Positions 9,491-19,385 of a stretch of DNA of 64,000 bases are shown piece after piece (the stretch's first letter is position 1; each line of letters begins with the position of its first letter). The notes beneath the pieces were generated by a model that did no database searches, had not been told where the DNA came from, and saw only the letters and a program-made list of their open reading frames with translations. The stretch covers positions 186,001 to 250,000 of IMG/VR virus record IMGVR_UViG_3300031951_000003; one strand, given 5' to 3'. A program made the position numbers and the translations under genes.

Positions 9491-10486
9491 TTATTTTTTC
9501 AAATGATTAAATTCGTATTCTATAAGGGAAGATTGAGGTAACTCCTTATTATATGTATACCTTGGACCTATGAAAGACCTTAACTGACCATTCAATTTTG
9601 TTTTTACGACTTTCTCCACATCTTGAATTGTTACATCTCCCATTTCCCCTTTAAGATAATTTTTTGTGGTCTTCTGACCTTTTCCACCAACCAAATCCAA
9701 TACATCGTATATGTCAACAATTACTTTTAACTTATCGGATGAATCATCAATTGAATTGATTTTGAATTTTGCGATAAAAGGGGTATTTTGCATTTCTTCA
9801 TCCCACGCCCACGAATATTGTTTGGCTGAGGACATTCTTTTATTCTGAAATTCTGATTCCTTAGATTTGAGTGATTTTTTTTTGTTTCGAATAATATCAT
9901 CATGGGTCCCATCTCTTTGCAACGTTTTCATTTCTTCTTTTGTAAGTAAAAAAACTTTTCCATCCAAATTTTCATTCCATGCAACTGGATTCGAATTACT
10001 CATTTGTCTACCTGTTGAAGACGAATAATGTTCAGCAACCTCATACCATCTATCATTTTTGTAAATATAAATCGGATACCACCCATATGATTTTACAATA
10101 TAATAAGGAGTTCTGTTGTCATCGAAAGACCAAAAACCCTCAAGATTCGTACCTTTGAAGGGGAGTTGGGCTATGGTATATGAATTGGCTTTTGTGTTTG
10201 AAGTCCACTTTCCTTTCATTTTTCTTGGGTCAACAAAATTTTCTTTCGTAAGATTTTTATAATCGCCGTCTTTTCTGTAATTAAGAAGATAAAGTTCGAG
10301 GAGGTATAATTCATGTCCTTCCGGTAGACCCATGTATTGAGAAACATTTTTGATTACATCCAAAAGTTTAGCACGTGTCTTGTGTTTTTTCTTTTCCTCG
10401 TTGAGAAACTTAAATAATTTTATAACTTTTGGTTCGAGAACTTTATCAAATTGTTCAAAAAGTCTATTTGAAATTTTATACTTCAT
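9491..10486 (-). CDS. Leader-A-like protein (MKYKISNRLFEQ)
   Basis: Leader; ATAAATA at 10492-10498. Confidence 0.6.
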   Translation of the reverse strand: MKYKISNRLFEQFDKVLEPKVIKLFKFLNEEKKKHKTRAKLLDVIKNVSQYMGLPEGHELYLLELYLLNYRKDGDYKNLTKENFVDPRKMKGKWTSNTKANSYTIAQLPFKGTNLEGFWSFDDNRTPYYIVKSYGWYPIYIYKNDRWYEVAEHYSSSTGRQMSNSNPVAWNENLDGKVFLLTKEEMKTLQRDGTHDDIIRNKKKSLKSKESEFQNKRMSSAKQYSWAWDEEMQNTPFIAKFKINSIDDSSDKLKVIVDIYDVLDLVGGKGQKTTKNYLKGEMGDVTIQDVEKVVKTKLNGQLRSFIGPRYTYNKELPQSSLIEYEFNHLKK

Positions 10487-10550
10487 AGAATATAAATACC
10501 ATAATCCCCCACAAATAAATTATGGTTAAATAACCGAAAGGGGTTTAAGA

Positions 10551-11003
10551 TTAATTCGGAAACTTACAGTTGAATGTTTCACCAACCTTAATTGCCAATT
10601 CTTTAGAATATAGCTTAGTTTTTTCGTAATCGAAGGAAGAATCTTTTTTTAAAATTCTATTACAATCGGTATAAACTTTGAAAGAACCCAAATCAAGTTC
10701 AATGAGTTTGTTTGTAGTTTGAACGGCACTTCTTACCGGATAATTACCTGCGAATTTTTTTTCATCTGTATCATAAAAAAATTTAATATTAACAGGTTCT
10801 AATTTAGGTTGTGACGGTGAGGATGTGGTGGATTGAGTTGCCGTAGTTGCAGATGAACCACCCAACTTTATTTGTTGACCATATTCATATCTTGGGCTAG
10901 TTGTGGATTGTGTTGTTGATTTGATTTGGTCACCATATGTTGTGGTTGTTCCTTGTTCGGAAATCAATTTTTTATATTGTGCCTCAGTAATTATGTATTT
11001 CAT
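10551..11003 (-). CDS. Leader-A protein with Thr/Ser-rich linker
   Basis: MKYIITEAQYKKLISEQ. Confidence 0.65.
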   Translation of the reverse strand: MKYIITEAQYKKLISEQGTTTTYGDQIKSTTQSTTSPRYEYGQQIKLGGSSATTATQSTTSSPSQPKLEPVNIKFFYDTDEKKFAGNYPVRSAVQTTNKLIELDLGSFKVYTDCNRILKKDSSFDYEKTKLYSKELAIKVGETFNCKFPN

Positions 11004-11007
11004 ATTT

Positions 11008-11874
11008 TTAGTATTCTACTCTAATTTTTTTATAACCTGAATCATTCAACAACTTGGTGACTTGTTGTTTGAAATCACTTTTACTGGCATTCCAAGGTGC
11101 TGTTGATTTGAACACAATTTTCAAACTACTCATAGTTTCTTTAGGTTCAAACTTCATCGAGTGAACATATTTACCGTAAGGAAGTGAACGAATTTTTGTT
11201 TTAATTTCTTTATTCAGAACGGTTTTGACCCAAGAATCCAAGTTTTTGTATTCTGTTCCCAATCTATCAATATCTAAATGACCATGGTTTGGATTTCCGA
11301 ATTCCACACCCAAAAAACTCTCGGCAAATTTTGTAAACTCTCTCTCGAGGTTGCTAGGATAAACACTTCGAGTCTCTTCACTTTTAACCATTTCAGGAAA
11401 ATCTAAGACCACTTTGAAGTTAACTTTATAAGGAGAATTTTCTATTAATTCGATGTTTGCCCATGGAGGTAGATTCAATTCATCAATGAAATACTTGATG
11501 GGTCTTTTGAATCTTTCGGTAAATTTTTCATATTTTCTTTTCGATGGTAATTTGTATAAACCCTTTTTTACGATTGATTGAACAATACGAGGTATACTCC
11601 ATCTACTTATTTCAAAATTGTCATTGGAAAACATGGGGTCATCACCAATTAGTTCTTGGATAAATTTCTTTCCATATTTTTCTAATAGATATGATATTGG
11701 TGCATCTTTTTCTGAGTCAGGAAGATTTGTGTTTACCCAATTTCTGAACATTATGAAAAGAGCATCATAATAATCTAAATCGTCCACATAATTGAAATCG
11801 ACGGTATTGTTTTCTTCCATAATTGAATGAATCAAAGATACAAGTTCTGACTCAGATAACCTTAACTTCTTCAT
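11008..11874 (-). CDS. Leader-B protein
   Basis: MKKLRLSESELVSLIHSIMEE; ATAAATA at 11880-11886. Confidence 0.6.
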   Translation of the reverse strand: MKKLRLSESELVSLIHSIMEENNTVDFNYVDDLDYYDALFIMFRNWVNTNLPDSEKDAPISYLLEKYGKKFIQELIGDDPMFSNDNFEISRWSIPRIVQSIVKKGLYKLPSKRKYEKFTERFKRPIKYFIDELNLPPWANIELIENSPYKVNFKVVLDFPEMVKSEETRSVYPSNLEREFTKFAESFLGVEFGNPNHGHLDIDRLGTEYKNLDSWVKTVLNKEIKTKIRSLPYGKYVHSMKFEPKETMSSLKIVFKSTAPWNASKSDFKQQVTKLLNDSGYKKIRVEY

Positions 11875-11887
11875 ATTAAATAAATAC

Positions 11888-12178
11888 TCATAAAATCATC
11901 CATCTTATAGACCTCGTGAATAATTCAGGAAACCCGAAAGAGGAAATAACCTGTCTTATGTTGTCTTCATGTTTATTTAAAAGTGAATCCATGTCCCCAT
12001 CATATTGTTTTTTTACTTTACCTGGAACTCCTAACATAATTGTAACCATACTTGGTCTACCACCCATGGTTAAATGGTCAACTATAAAATCAAAATCTAT
12101 AATTTCACCATCTGTGATAGTTTGAATCATTTTTGCGATTTTTTCTCTTTGTTTCAATATGTCATCGAAAGTATTCAC
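11888..12178 (-). CDS. Hypothetical protein
   Basis: ORF track, coupled to neighbours. Confidence 0.5.
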   Translation of the reverse strand: MNTFDDILKQREKIAKMIQTITDGEIIDFDFIVDHLTMGGRPSMVTIMLGVPGKVKKQYDGDMDSLLNKHEDNIRQVISSFGFPELFTRSIRWMIL

Positions 12179-12579
12179 TAAATTTCTTTGGCTTTTGCAT
12201 TTAAGGTTCCACCGGCATCAAAACTACTAAATTTCAATCCGGCATATTTCATCAACTCGGTCATTTTTGCCCTTAGTTCGTGGAAATAAAGTTCACCGTA
12301 TGCTTTCTTTGTCATTTCTGCACTTATGTTTCCGCCATCCCATCCTAAATCAATTAATGGTTGGTTATCAATCGTCAGAGAACAATCATAGTCTATAAAA
12401 TTTTCAACCATGGAATATGGTCCTATACTCCTAACTTGTTTAACTTCAACTACCTTATGAGTTTCAAATTCAAGAACATATGGATATGACGTGGGCATCA
12501 GTGAATCCCATATCTTTTTCAATGGCTTTGTATAGTCTGCAACTATTTCTTCCTGTTTATATTCACTATTCCAACCCAT
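12178..12579 (-). CDS. Hypothetical protein
   Basis: ORF track. Confidence 0.5.
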   Translation of the reverse strand: MGWNSEYKQEEIVADYTKPLKKIWDSLMPTSYPYVLEFETHKVVEVKQVRSIGPYSMVENFIDYDCSLTIDNQPLIDLGWDGGNISAEMTKKAYGELYFHELRAKMTELMKYAGLKFSSFDAGGTLNAKAKEI

Positions 12580-12590
12580 TTTGTTTTTTT

Positions 12591-12923
12591 TTAAAAAGTA
12601 ACGCTTTCTGCATCTTGTTTAAATTCATCATTAAACCAATCGATAATGAATGTCATTCCCTCACTTCCGAAATAATCCTCCAACGTTATAAATAAATCTT
12701 GGTCCAATACCAATTCTTTTTTCCAAACATAATAACGGGCAAAAGTTTCAGGTTGACCATTGTGATATGATTTTTTGTCCTTGTTATAATATCTGATGTA
12801 TGTATCATCCCCATCACTATAGGTGGCAACCTTAGCATTTTCGTCACTAAAATTTGGTCTAACTAAATTAATCATAGTTTTAATTAGTCTTACCAATCTA
12901 TCTTTTGATATTGTATAATCCAT
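12591..12923 (-). CDS. Leader-A, W-F family protein
   Basis: MDYTISKDRL; C-terminal IIDWFNDEF. Confidence 0.6.
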   Translation of the reverse strand: MDYTISKDRLVRLIKTMINLVRPNFSDENAKVATYSDGDDTYIRYYNKDKKSYHNGQPETFARYYVWKKELVLDQDLFITLEDYFGSEGMTFIIDWFNDEFKQDAESVTF

Positions 12924-13297
12924 TAAAAATCAATTTTTTTTACAGGTAATTCGAATCTTTCTTTGAACCATATCTTGAATGGTGCTCTCCAAGTATCTCC
13001 GAAATATCCATCTAGTATCCTTTCATATTGGGTTTCAAGTGAAACTGTTGGACATATGTCACGTGCATTACTTCCTTGTGTGAAATACTCACAGAAATAA
13101 TATCTAAAACATATGTCATCACCCGCATCAAAATCACCTCGATAATATTCTATTAAAGTATCAGATTCAAATTCTTCACCCGTCTCATCATCATATTCAT
13201 ACGGATGATGCCAATTGATGTCCTCGAGTGGAAACAATTCATCTAAGTAATTGATGATTGTTTGTTTGAGTCTTGATTCAGAAATAGTGTATTTCAT
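12923..13297 (-). CDS. Leader-A, W-F family protein
   Basis: MKYTISESRL; C-terminal FKIWFKERF; ATAAATA at 13303-13309. Confidence 0.65.
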   Translation of the reverse strand: MKYTISESRLKQTIINYLDELFPLEDINWHHPYEYDDETGEEFESDTLIEYYRGDFDAGDDICFRYYFCEYFTQGSNARDICPTVSLETQYERILDGYFGDTWRAPFKIWFKERFELPVKKIDF

Positions 13298-13325
13298 AAT
13301 TTATAAATATCCATTAAAAAAAACT

Positions 13326-13350
13326 AAAATCCCCACCTTGTGAGTGGGGA
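13326..13350 (-). terminator. Intrinsic terminator (duplicated at 13764)
   Basis: TCCCCAC-cttgtga-GTGGGGA with A-tract. Confidence 0.75.
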
Positions 13351-13372
13351 CCTAATTTATCTTAATTAATCA

Positions 13373-13729
13373 TTAATTATATTGACCTCTTTCATCCCAC
13401 ATATTCAAACACTCATAACCTTGTTCCTCAAAATTGTTTTCAGTGTCTATTAAGTTCACATTCTTTAATTCATCAAATGAACATAAATCAATACCATCAA
13501 AATCAGCGAAATCACAATCCCTCAGGGATAAGTATGTCAAAGTGCTTGGTAAGTTTGTTAATATTTTTCTAACTTGTTTTGAACTTGCACCCACCATCAA
13601 AACAAGCCCATTTTTTTTATCGAACTGATAATGTGGCTCATCTAATCTATACTCATCTTGTTCTTTAATTACCTTTTTTACTAATCTTATCATGTCAGAT
13701 TCTGTTAATCTTACTATTTTCTTCGACAT
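13373..13729 (-). CDS. Leader-B protein with short LRR-like segment
   Basis: MSKKIVRLTESDMIRLVKKVIKEQ; LPSTLTYLSLRDC. Confidence 0.6.
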   Translation of the reverse strand: MSKKIVRLTESDMIRLVKKVIKEQDEYRLDEPHYQFDKKNGLVLMVGASSKQVRKILTNLPSTLTYLSLRDCDFADFDGIDLCSFDELKNVNLIDTENNFEEQGYECLNMWDERGQYN

Positions 13730-13763
13730 ATTATTATTTTGATAATAAATATCTCAAATAAAT

Positions 13764-13790
13764 AAAAATCCCCACCTTGTGAGTGGGGAT
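13764..13790 (-). terminator. Intrinsic terminator, identical core to 13326
   Basis: aaaaatccccaccttgtgagtggggat. Confidence 0.75.
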
Positions 13791-13798
13791 TAGTTAGT

Positions 13799-14050
13799 TT
13801 ACTCTTCAGTAACGTCAGGTTTGCCCTTGTTAATCCATTTGTCGATTGAACCGATTCCGAAAGAACCGAGAACCAACCATAAAAATGCATTGAAGATGAA
13901 TTCATTGATAACAAGGTCTTTTCCTAAAGAACCAGTTACGATGTCTGCAATCGCAAACCCTGTCATCATTACAAAAGCTAAAAATCCAACGACACTTTTT
14001 TCATTGATTGAGTTGTTGTCGTTAAACAACTGTGAGAAAAATTTTTTCAT
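13799..14050 (-). CDS. Two-TM membrane protein (holin-like topology)
   Basis: Two hydrophobic helices and a charged C-terminus. Confidence 0.5.
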   Translation of the reverse strand: MKKFFSQLFNDNNSINEKSVVGFLAFVMMTGFAIADIVTGSLGKDLVINEFIFNAFLWLVLGSFGIGSIDKWINKGKPDVTEE

Positions 14051-14160
14051 ATTTTGGTAATTTACTTACCAATAAATATTTTTGTATTGACGAAGGACAA
14101 TCATTTAAATAAAAAATCCCCTCAAGATTTATGAAGGGATTACAATTACAATTTCTTATT

Positions 14161-14478
14161 CTAAAAATATTTTTTTGCTTCAGTTCTTGCCAAATTGTCA
14201 AAATAGTTATCAACATCTTTATTATTACCCAAATAAGCTAATATACCATTTTTTATAGGCACAACCTCATTTCCCTCATCGTAAGTAATTTTACCATTTT
14301 TAATAGTATAACAGTGATATTGTAAATAATTGGTCTTACCCTTTAATTTAACTTCAACTTTCATACAAACCACTTGATTGCCTTGCCTGTTCATATATCG
14401 TCTTTCCAGTTCAATATTGACAGTTGCACCAATTCGATTTAAAAATTTAATTATTGATATGACAAAATCTCTATCCAT
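14161..14478 (-). CDS. Hypothetical protein
   Basis: ATAAATA just upstream. Confidence 0.5.
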   Translation of the reverse strand: MDRDFVISIIKFLNRIGATVNIELERRYMNRQGNQVVCMKVEVKLKGKTNYLQYHCYTIKNGKITYDEGNEVVPIKNGILAYLGNNKDVDNYFDNLARTEAKKYF

Positions 14479-14491
14479 GAAAAAATAAATA

Positions 14492-14842
14492 TTAATTGTA
14501 GTCCTCTTCTGGACAGGTCATACGATAAATTTCGAATAGATATTCACCAAACCAATCTTTAACAACATCAGTAACATAACTATAAACATCATCATAATCA
14601 TCCCCTAAGGAATCGACAAAATCTTCATCTTTGGTCAGGAAATCATCTATCGCTATTCTAATTACATTATCTGCATAATCGAACTCATCTCCGAAATCAT
14701 CACACAATGTTGGAAAATCTAATTCTGCATTACGAATGAAGGGTTCGATATTATCTTTAGATAATCGTCTCCTTAATCTTATTTGATAGTCTTCGATTAA
14801 AAAATTGTATTGGGTTTCGGATATGATAAATTTTTTGGACAT
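14492..14842 (-). CDS. Leader-A acidic protein
   Basis: MSKKFIISETQY; D/E-rich payload. Confidence 0.6.
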   Translation of the reverse strand: MSKKFIISETQYNFLIEDYQIRLRRRLSKDNIEPFIRNAELDFPTLCDDFGDEFDYADNVIRIAIDDFLTKDEDFVDSLGDDYDDVYSYVTDVVKDWFGEYLFEIYRMTCPEEDYN

Positions 14843-14859
14843 TAATTATAAATATTCAA

Positions 14860-15681
14860 CTAAAAATTAATACCCGCTCCGAACTGTCCGTATTTTACCA
14901 CGGGGTCATAATCTAATTTCAGAGTGAAGTTTTTAAAATCCTTCATACCACCAAATTTGAATGTGACAAAGTTGTCTTTCGATTTGGGAAAAGTTATTTC
15001 CCCAACATCATCTTTTCCTCTATAGAGTATTCTTTCATTTGCAAGTCCAACCATAGCATGAACTCCAAATCTATTAATCCTCTTTCCTGCTCCGATATAA
15101 AAACTATTTTGTTTGACTAAATCTGAGATGAGAGGGAAATCTACTAAATTAATGGTCCCATACGGAAAATATGTTGAACGGTCTCTTCGATATGTTGTGT
15201 TGAAATCAAAAACGAAATAACCTTTATTACCTATTGTAAAAAACGCACCCATCTGATTATTTGTGGTATGGTGAAGACCAAAACTCATGATTGGTTTTTT
15301 TCCTCTAATTGTGTCACGCCTTCCGTCGTTGTAGTAATAAATTCTTGCTGGTTGTCTATAACCCCAATCATTAAAATACCACATAGGTGAAAAACTATTC
15401 CACCCAAATGTCGGTGCTCCCCACATATTCCATCTATTCCATCCCCATCCATCAAACCATGGGTCACGAACCACAACAGGCTGGTTAGACCTTGGTTTAT
15501 TGAATTCAGTTGGAGTAGAGTTTCTCCAATTACTTGTTGTATTCGATGATGTTGTCGAAGTTCTCGAAGTTGACTGTGTACTTGATTGTGATGGCGGAGA
15601 TGTTCTCCAAGATGATGTTTGAGAGAATACGAACAATGGCATCAATAATACCATTTCAAAAATCAGAATAAGCTTTCTCAT
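14860..15681 (-). CDS. Secreted protein, probable outer-membrane beta-barrel with low-complexity N-terminus
   Basis: Signal ending VFSQ; Ser/Thr- and Trp/Gly-rich linker; amphipathic strands; C-terminal GAGINF. Confidence 0.6.
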   Translation of the reverse strand: MRKLILIFEMVLLMPLFVFSQTSSWRTSPPSQSSTQSTSRTSTTSSNTTSNWRNSTPTEFNKPRSNQPVVVRDPWFDGWGWNRWNMWGAPTFGWNSFSPMWYFNDWGYRQPARIYYYNDGRRDTIRGKKPIMSFGLHHTTNNQMGAFFTIGNKGYFVFDFNTTYRRDRSTYFPYGTINLVDFPLISDLVKQNSFYIGAGKRINRFGVHAMVGLANERILYRGKDDVGEITFPKSKDNFVTFKFGGMKDFKNFTLKLDYDPVVKYGQFGAGINF

Positions 15682-15731
15682 AGTAAATTGATTTTATATC
15701 TATAAATATAATATAAAAAAATCAATTTTGA

Positions 15732-16196
15732 TTAATTACATGAATTCATAAAATCTTTAGCCTGTGAAATCAAAGATTTTACTTTGACAGAATAAGTGCC
15801 AGCCTTACATTGTGGTTTAGGACAATAAACTCTATCTAATAATTTATAATAATCTTCCTCACCACCTATACTTTCAATTTTTCTAAAATCCTGCCATAAC
15901 TTGTAATCTTCAACAGATTGTTTCCAATTGTCATATCTTGCGTGACCCCTATATTCACCAGTAGCCGTCTTCGGTCTAATTTTGGCGTATTTCATACCAA
16001 AACAATTATTATTGGCTTTGAATATTTCACTTTCGAAATGACCTGTTTCTAATATTGCTTGGGCAATTGCTATTTCAGGAAACCTGATTCCTGAATTCTT
16101 CACATAACATGCAAATTCTGATGGAGAAAAGTTCTCCACTTCTGAATCAACACCCATGATTTCTTTAATTCTTGTTATGTCCTCGTAAAGATTCAT
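15732..16196 (-). CDS. Leader-C protein with GH73/FlgJ-type glucosaminidase domain
   Basis: MNLYEDITRIKEIMG; IAIAQAILETGHF...NNCFGMK...YDNWKQSVEDY. Confidence 0.75.
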   Translation of the reverse strand: MNLYEDITRIKEIMGVDSEVENFSPSEFACYVKNSGIRFPEIAIAQAILETGHFESEIFKANNNCFGMKYAKIRPKTATGEYRGHARYDNWKQSVEDYKLWQDFRKIESIGGEEDYYKLLDRVYCPKPQCKAGTYSVKVKSLISQAKDFMNSCN

Positions 16197-16207
16197 AAAA
16201 ATAAATA

Positions 16208-16534
16208 TTAGTCTAAACTACTGTTGATAACATTCCCGTCAGTTCCCACTACAACGAATCCGACCCTGTAATTTCGTGGGATATCAAAATAAGGAAGATA
16301 CTTCATCGTATGATAATCAACCAAATAATGGGGGTCTAATTCCCTCTGGTACATATTATCTTTTGTCATCTCTGAATCATTTACATAAATCCTTAATATC
16401 AATCTATTGATATCCCCAATCTCATAAACTTCAATATGGTCAATCATTGGATAGATACTCATAATGACAGATGAGTTCAATAACTTTGTTATTGGTTTGT
16501 TAATGTATTTTTCCAAAAATTGTTTATCCACCAT
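16208..16534 (-). CDS. Hypothetical protein
   Basis: ATAAATA upstream; IYPMIDHIEV resembles 31446. Confidence 0.55.
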   Translation of the reverse strand: MVDKQFLEKYINKPITKLLNSSVIMSIYPMIDHIEVYEIGDINRLILRIYVNDSEMTKDNMYQRELDPHYLVDYHTMKYLPYFDIPRNYRVGFVVVGTDGNVINSSLD

Positions 16535-16557
16535 ATAGAATAAATAGAAATAAAAAT

Positions 16558-16585
16558 AAAAAACCCCTCCTTGTGAGAGGGGTTT
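16558..16585 (-). terminator. Intrinsic terminator
   Basis: aaacccctccttgtgagaggggttt. Confidence 0.7.
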
Positions 16586-16588
16586 GTG

Positions 16589-16996
16589 TTAAAATCTTTT
16601 TTTTGTTCGAAGTTTTATTGGACCATCTTTTTGATATCTGTTCCAATAATCTCTTCCTGGTTTAGAAACATCCGAACCAATCCTGTCTTCTTGTCCGAAA
16701 CTCCATTTATTTCTCGGTACATCCCTTTGGGTAATGTTCTTATACATTTCAAAGTCATCTGGTCCAAACTCAATTTCTTCATCATAATCAAATTCTTCAG
16801 GGTCAACAGGTCTATCGTCTTCATCAAACCAACTGTCTCTGTGACCTAAAATACCCCTGTTTTCAGGTTTCATTTTCATGAAGTGTCTTTTAGGCATTTC
16901 AGTTCCCATATCCAACGAATCAAGTTCATGTTCTTTTAAAACTCTTTTAACCAATCTTATCAAATCAGATTCGGTCAATCTTACTATTTTTGACAT
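16589..16996 (-). CDS. Leader-B protein
   Basis: Start moved to 16996: MSKIVRLTESDLIRLVKRVLKE. Confidence 0.65.
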   Translation of the reverse strand: MSKIVRLTESDLIRLVKRVLKEHELDSLDMGTEMPKRHFMKMKPENRGILGHRDSWFDEDDRPVDPEEFDYDEEIEFGPDDFEMYKNITQRDVPRNKWSFGQEDRIGSDVSKPGRDYWNRYQKDGPIKLRTKKRF

Positions 16997-17078
16997 ATAA
17001 ATTATTTTATTATAAATACTATTTGAAATAAAAAAAAATCCCCTCACTTAGGAGGGGGGTTCTTAAAATTATGTTTGA

Positions 17079-17474
17079 CTACTTCCAACTATCCAAATTT
17101 AATGTCCTAATTTGAGAAATTATTTGGTCATTTATTTTGTTGTAAGAATTGAAATGATAAATTGAGTTATCAATTAAATTCATGAGAGCTTGTTTTCTTG
17201 GTTGTGGCATGTTCAGACCAGATACCTTATTTTTAAGGGATGCCAACTCAGTCATAACTTTGACATTCGGCTCATCTAATTTTTTTAATTTCTTAATCAG
17301 TCTATCGAGTCTTGACAAGTTCTGAAAATAATCCATTCCATATCCTCTTTTAACACCCTTAACACCTCTATAAAAATCACCCAATGCGTCGAACGGACCT
17401 TCGTTTGTTTCTTGTTCTTGTAAAACTTTCTTTACAATTCTATTTAAATCTGATTCAGTTAGTTTTTTTGCCAT
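17079..17474 (-). CDS. Leader-B helical protein
   Basis: MAKKLTESDLNRIVKKVLQEQ. Confidence 0.65.
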   Translation of the reverse strand: MAKKLTESDLNRIVKKVLQEQETNEGPFDALGDFYRGVKGVKRGYGMDYFQNLSRLDRLIKKLKKLDEPNVKVMTELASLKNKVSGLNMPQPRKQALMNLIDNSIYHFNSYNKINDQIISQIRTLNLDSWK

Positions 17475-17487
17475 GTAGATAAATATA

Positions 17488-17787
17488 TCAGACTTTTGAC
17501 TTTGTCATGTCATCGACAAACTCGGGAAATTTTTTTCTAATACATTCATCCAATTGTTTAGCTTCCTCTTTGAAAGATTTACTTGAGGGAAGAAATCGTG
17601 AAATGAAATTAACGATAAGTCTAATGAAACCTCTATTTTTCTTCCCGTCCATATTGGTCAAAGATGCCATCTTTTTTAGATTCAAATCTCTGATGCAATC
17701 GTTTATAACATCTTCCATGTTATGGTATTTCTGCATCATATCTACTGAAGGTGTGGTGATGAGACTATTGGATTCTTTATTTTTCAT
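17488..17787 (-). CDS. Hypothetical protein
   Basis: ORF track. Confidence 0.5.
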   Translation of the reverse strand: MKNKESNSLITTPSVDMMQKYHNMEDVINDCIRDLNLKKMASLTNMDGKKNRGFIRLIVNFISRFLPSSKSFKEEAKQLDECIRKKFPEFVDDMTKSKV

Positions 17788-17792
17788 ACGTT

Positions 17793-18383
17793 TTAAATTA
17801 CTTCATAATCAATGTTACCGTAATTGTCATAGTCATCATTTTCATCATGAGTTGAACCATCGAGGTCTTCTTGAACTTTTCTATATGCTTCACAAGATGA
17901 CCTAGCCATCACAGTATGAGTCCAAGTTTGAACACATGTTCTTGAAGCTTGAATTGTATATTCTTCTTCTTCGTTATCCTCCCAACCTTCTTCATCCTCA
18001 CAGTCGTCAGTGATAATTTCTTTTGTTTCCTCAGGAACTCTTTTGAAGTTATCAATTGCCTCTGTTAGTTTGTTTCTAAATTCAATGAGTTCTTTTAGAG
18101 AATAAAACTTGAATGAATAACTTGAAGCTTTGGAACCGTCCATTCCAATTTCAATATATTCTTTTGAACCTTCCTCTGCCCCATCGTAGTGATAGACAGT
18201 AAGGTTTGCCCCATTGTCATATTCAAGTGTTCCATTATCCACGAATAGATAGTTTAGGTCCCACTCATCAGGATTGGATTCAACCATTTCTTTATACTCG
18301 GTCTCGAGTTCTCTAATTTGATTCAGAGCTTTTGAGAATTTTTTCTCAAAGGAGGTTTTCCATTTTTTTGAATATTCTGCCAT
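17793..18383 (-). CDS. Acidic hypothetical protein
   Basis: D/E-rich, no leader. Confidence 0.55.
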   Translation of the reverse strand: MAEYSKKWKTSFEKKFSKALNQIRELETEYKEMVESNPDEWDLNYLFVDNGTLEYDNGANLTVYHYDGAEEGSKEYIEIGMDGSKASSYSFKFYSLKELIEFRNKLTEAIDNFKRVPEETKEIITDDCEDEEGWEDNEEEEYTIQASRTCVQTWTHTVMARSSCEAYRKVQEDLDGSTHDENDDYDNYGNIDYEVI

Positions 18384-18385
18384 AA

Positions 18386-18700
18386 TTAAAAAATTAAATC
18401 GTTTGATTTTAGTTCATCCCACTCTTCATTATCAAGAATCTCTACCTCGTCTTCTTGATTATCGGATTCATATCTTAAAATATTTTTCTTCTCACATAAT
18501 TCTCTATAATCTTGACCATAATAAGTATTAACGAACCATTCACGGATTACTTCATCCCAGTCTCCACCACCGTGACCTTCTAAAATATCATCGATTGTTT
18601 CGAAACCATAATCTTTGTAAAATTCCAAAAGTTGTTCTTCGGTTGGCTCTACAGCAAATGATGTATTAACATGGACTAACGCTTTGGGTATTGTGCTCAT
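18386..18700 (-). CDS. Acidic hypothetical protein
   Basis: Preceded by a sigma-A-like variant TTTG-N19-TATTATTG. Confidence 0.55.
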   Translation of the reverse strand: MSTIPKALVHVNTSFAVEPTEEQLLEFYKDYGFETIDDILEGHGGGDWDEVIREWFVNTYYGQDYRELCEKKNILRYESDNQEDEVEILDNEEWDELKSNDLIF

Positions 18701-18746
18701 AGTGTTTTTATTTTCAATAATATTATAAAATTTAGAATTTTCAAAT

Positions 18747-19103
18747 CTACTCGTAAGATTTTACGGATGGAAGGCTAGAATATTCACAATAAAGCTCTTC
18801 TCGTTTCTTTATGAGCTCTTTTTTTACCTCATCAGGAAAATACACTCCATCAGATTCCATGTCCGCAATAGTCCTATAAACGGTTTCATACACGTCTAAT
18901 TTTTTATCGGCCTGTTCTTTCGTTAACGGAGGGGAGTCAAAAAGTTTACCCATAAACTTTGTTAGGTTTGCTCTTGGTCCTGACTCTTGTGATGGGGTTA
19001 TCCCCATTTCTGCTCTATTAAGTTCTTTGATTGTAAGACCAATGAAAATTGCAAATAAAGTAGTTACAATAGTCGAAAGAATTACAATGTCTAAGTTTTC
19101 CAT
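18747..19103 (-). CDS. Single-TM membrane protein
   Basis: N-terminal hydrophobic helix. Confidence 0.55.
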   Translation of the reverse strand: MENLDIVILSTIVTTLFAIFIGLTIKELNRAEMGITPSQESGPRANLTKFMGKLFDSPPLTKEQADKKLDVYETVYRTIADMESDGVYFPDEVKKELIKKREELYCEYSSLPSVKSYE

Positions 19104-19104
19104 T

Positions 19105-19278
19105 TTATTTTCTTTTTGAATTGATGAAATTTAATAATCCCAACATAGTTGGAGGCCATAGTCCGATGAAAATTGCTTTAAGTTGGTCTCCGTTAGTGAG
19201 ATAGATATACTCAGAGACAAAAATACACACAACACACAGAATTAGGATTCCGAGTTCAGAGACTGAAAATTTATTCAT
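19105..19278 (-). CDS. Small two-TM protein (57 aa, below track cutoff)
   Basis: Manual translation MNKFSVSELGILILCVVCIFVSEY...LWPPTMLGLLNFINSKRK. Confidence 0.55.
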   Translation of the reverse strand: MNKFSVSELGILILCVVCIFVSEYIYLTNGDQLKAIFIGLWPPTMLGLLNFINSKRK

Positions 19279-19385
19279 TATTTATAGTTTTTAATTGAAT
19301 TGTTAACATCTTCGATTGTTATGATGACCAAGTAGGTAACAATCAAGATTACAAAAAGTTTTGTAAGTCCTATACCAATCATATA

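Noticed and set aside
10862-10951. Tandem DNA repeat in the GTTGTG/GTTG-rich stretch
   Set aside because: It simply encodes a Thr/Ser/Gln-rich linker in 10551..11003.
13799-14050. Holin of a lysis cassette
   Set aside because: Topology fits, but there is no adjacent endolysin or spanin; left as a generic membrane protein.
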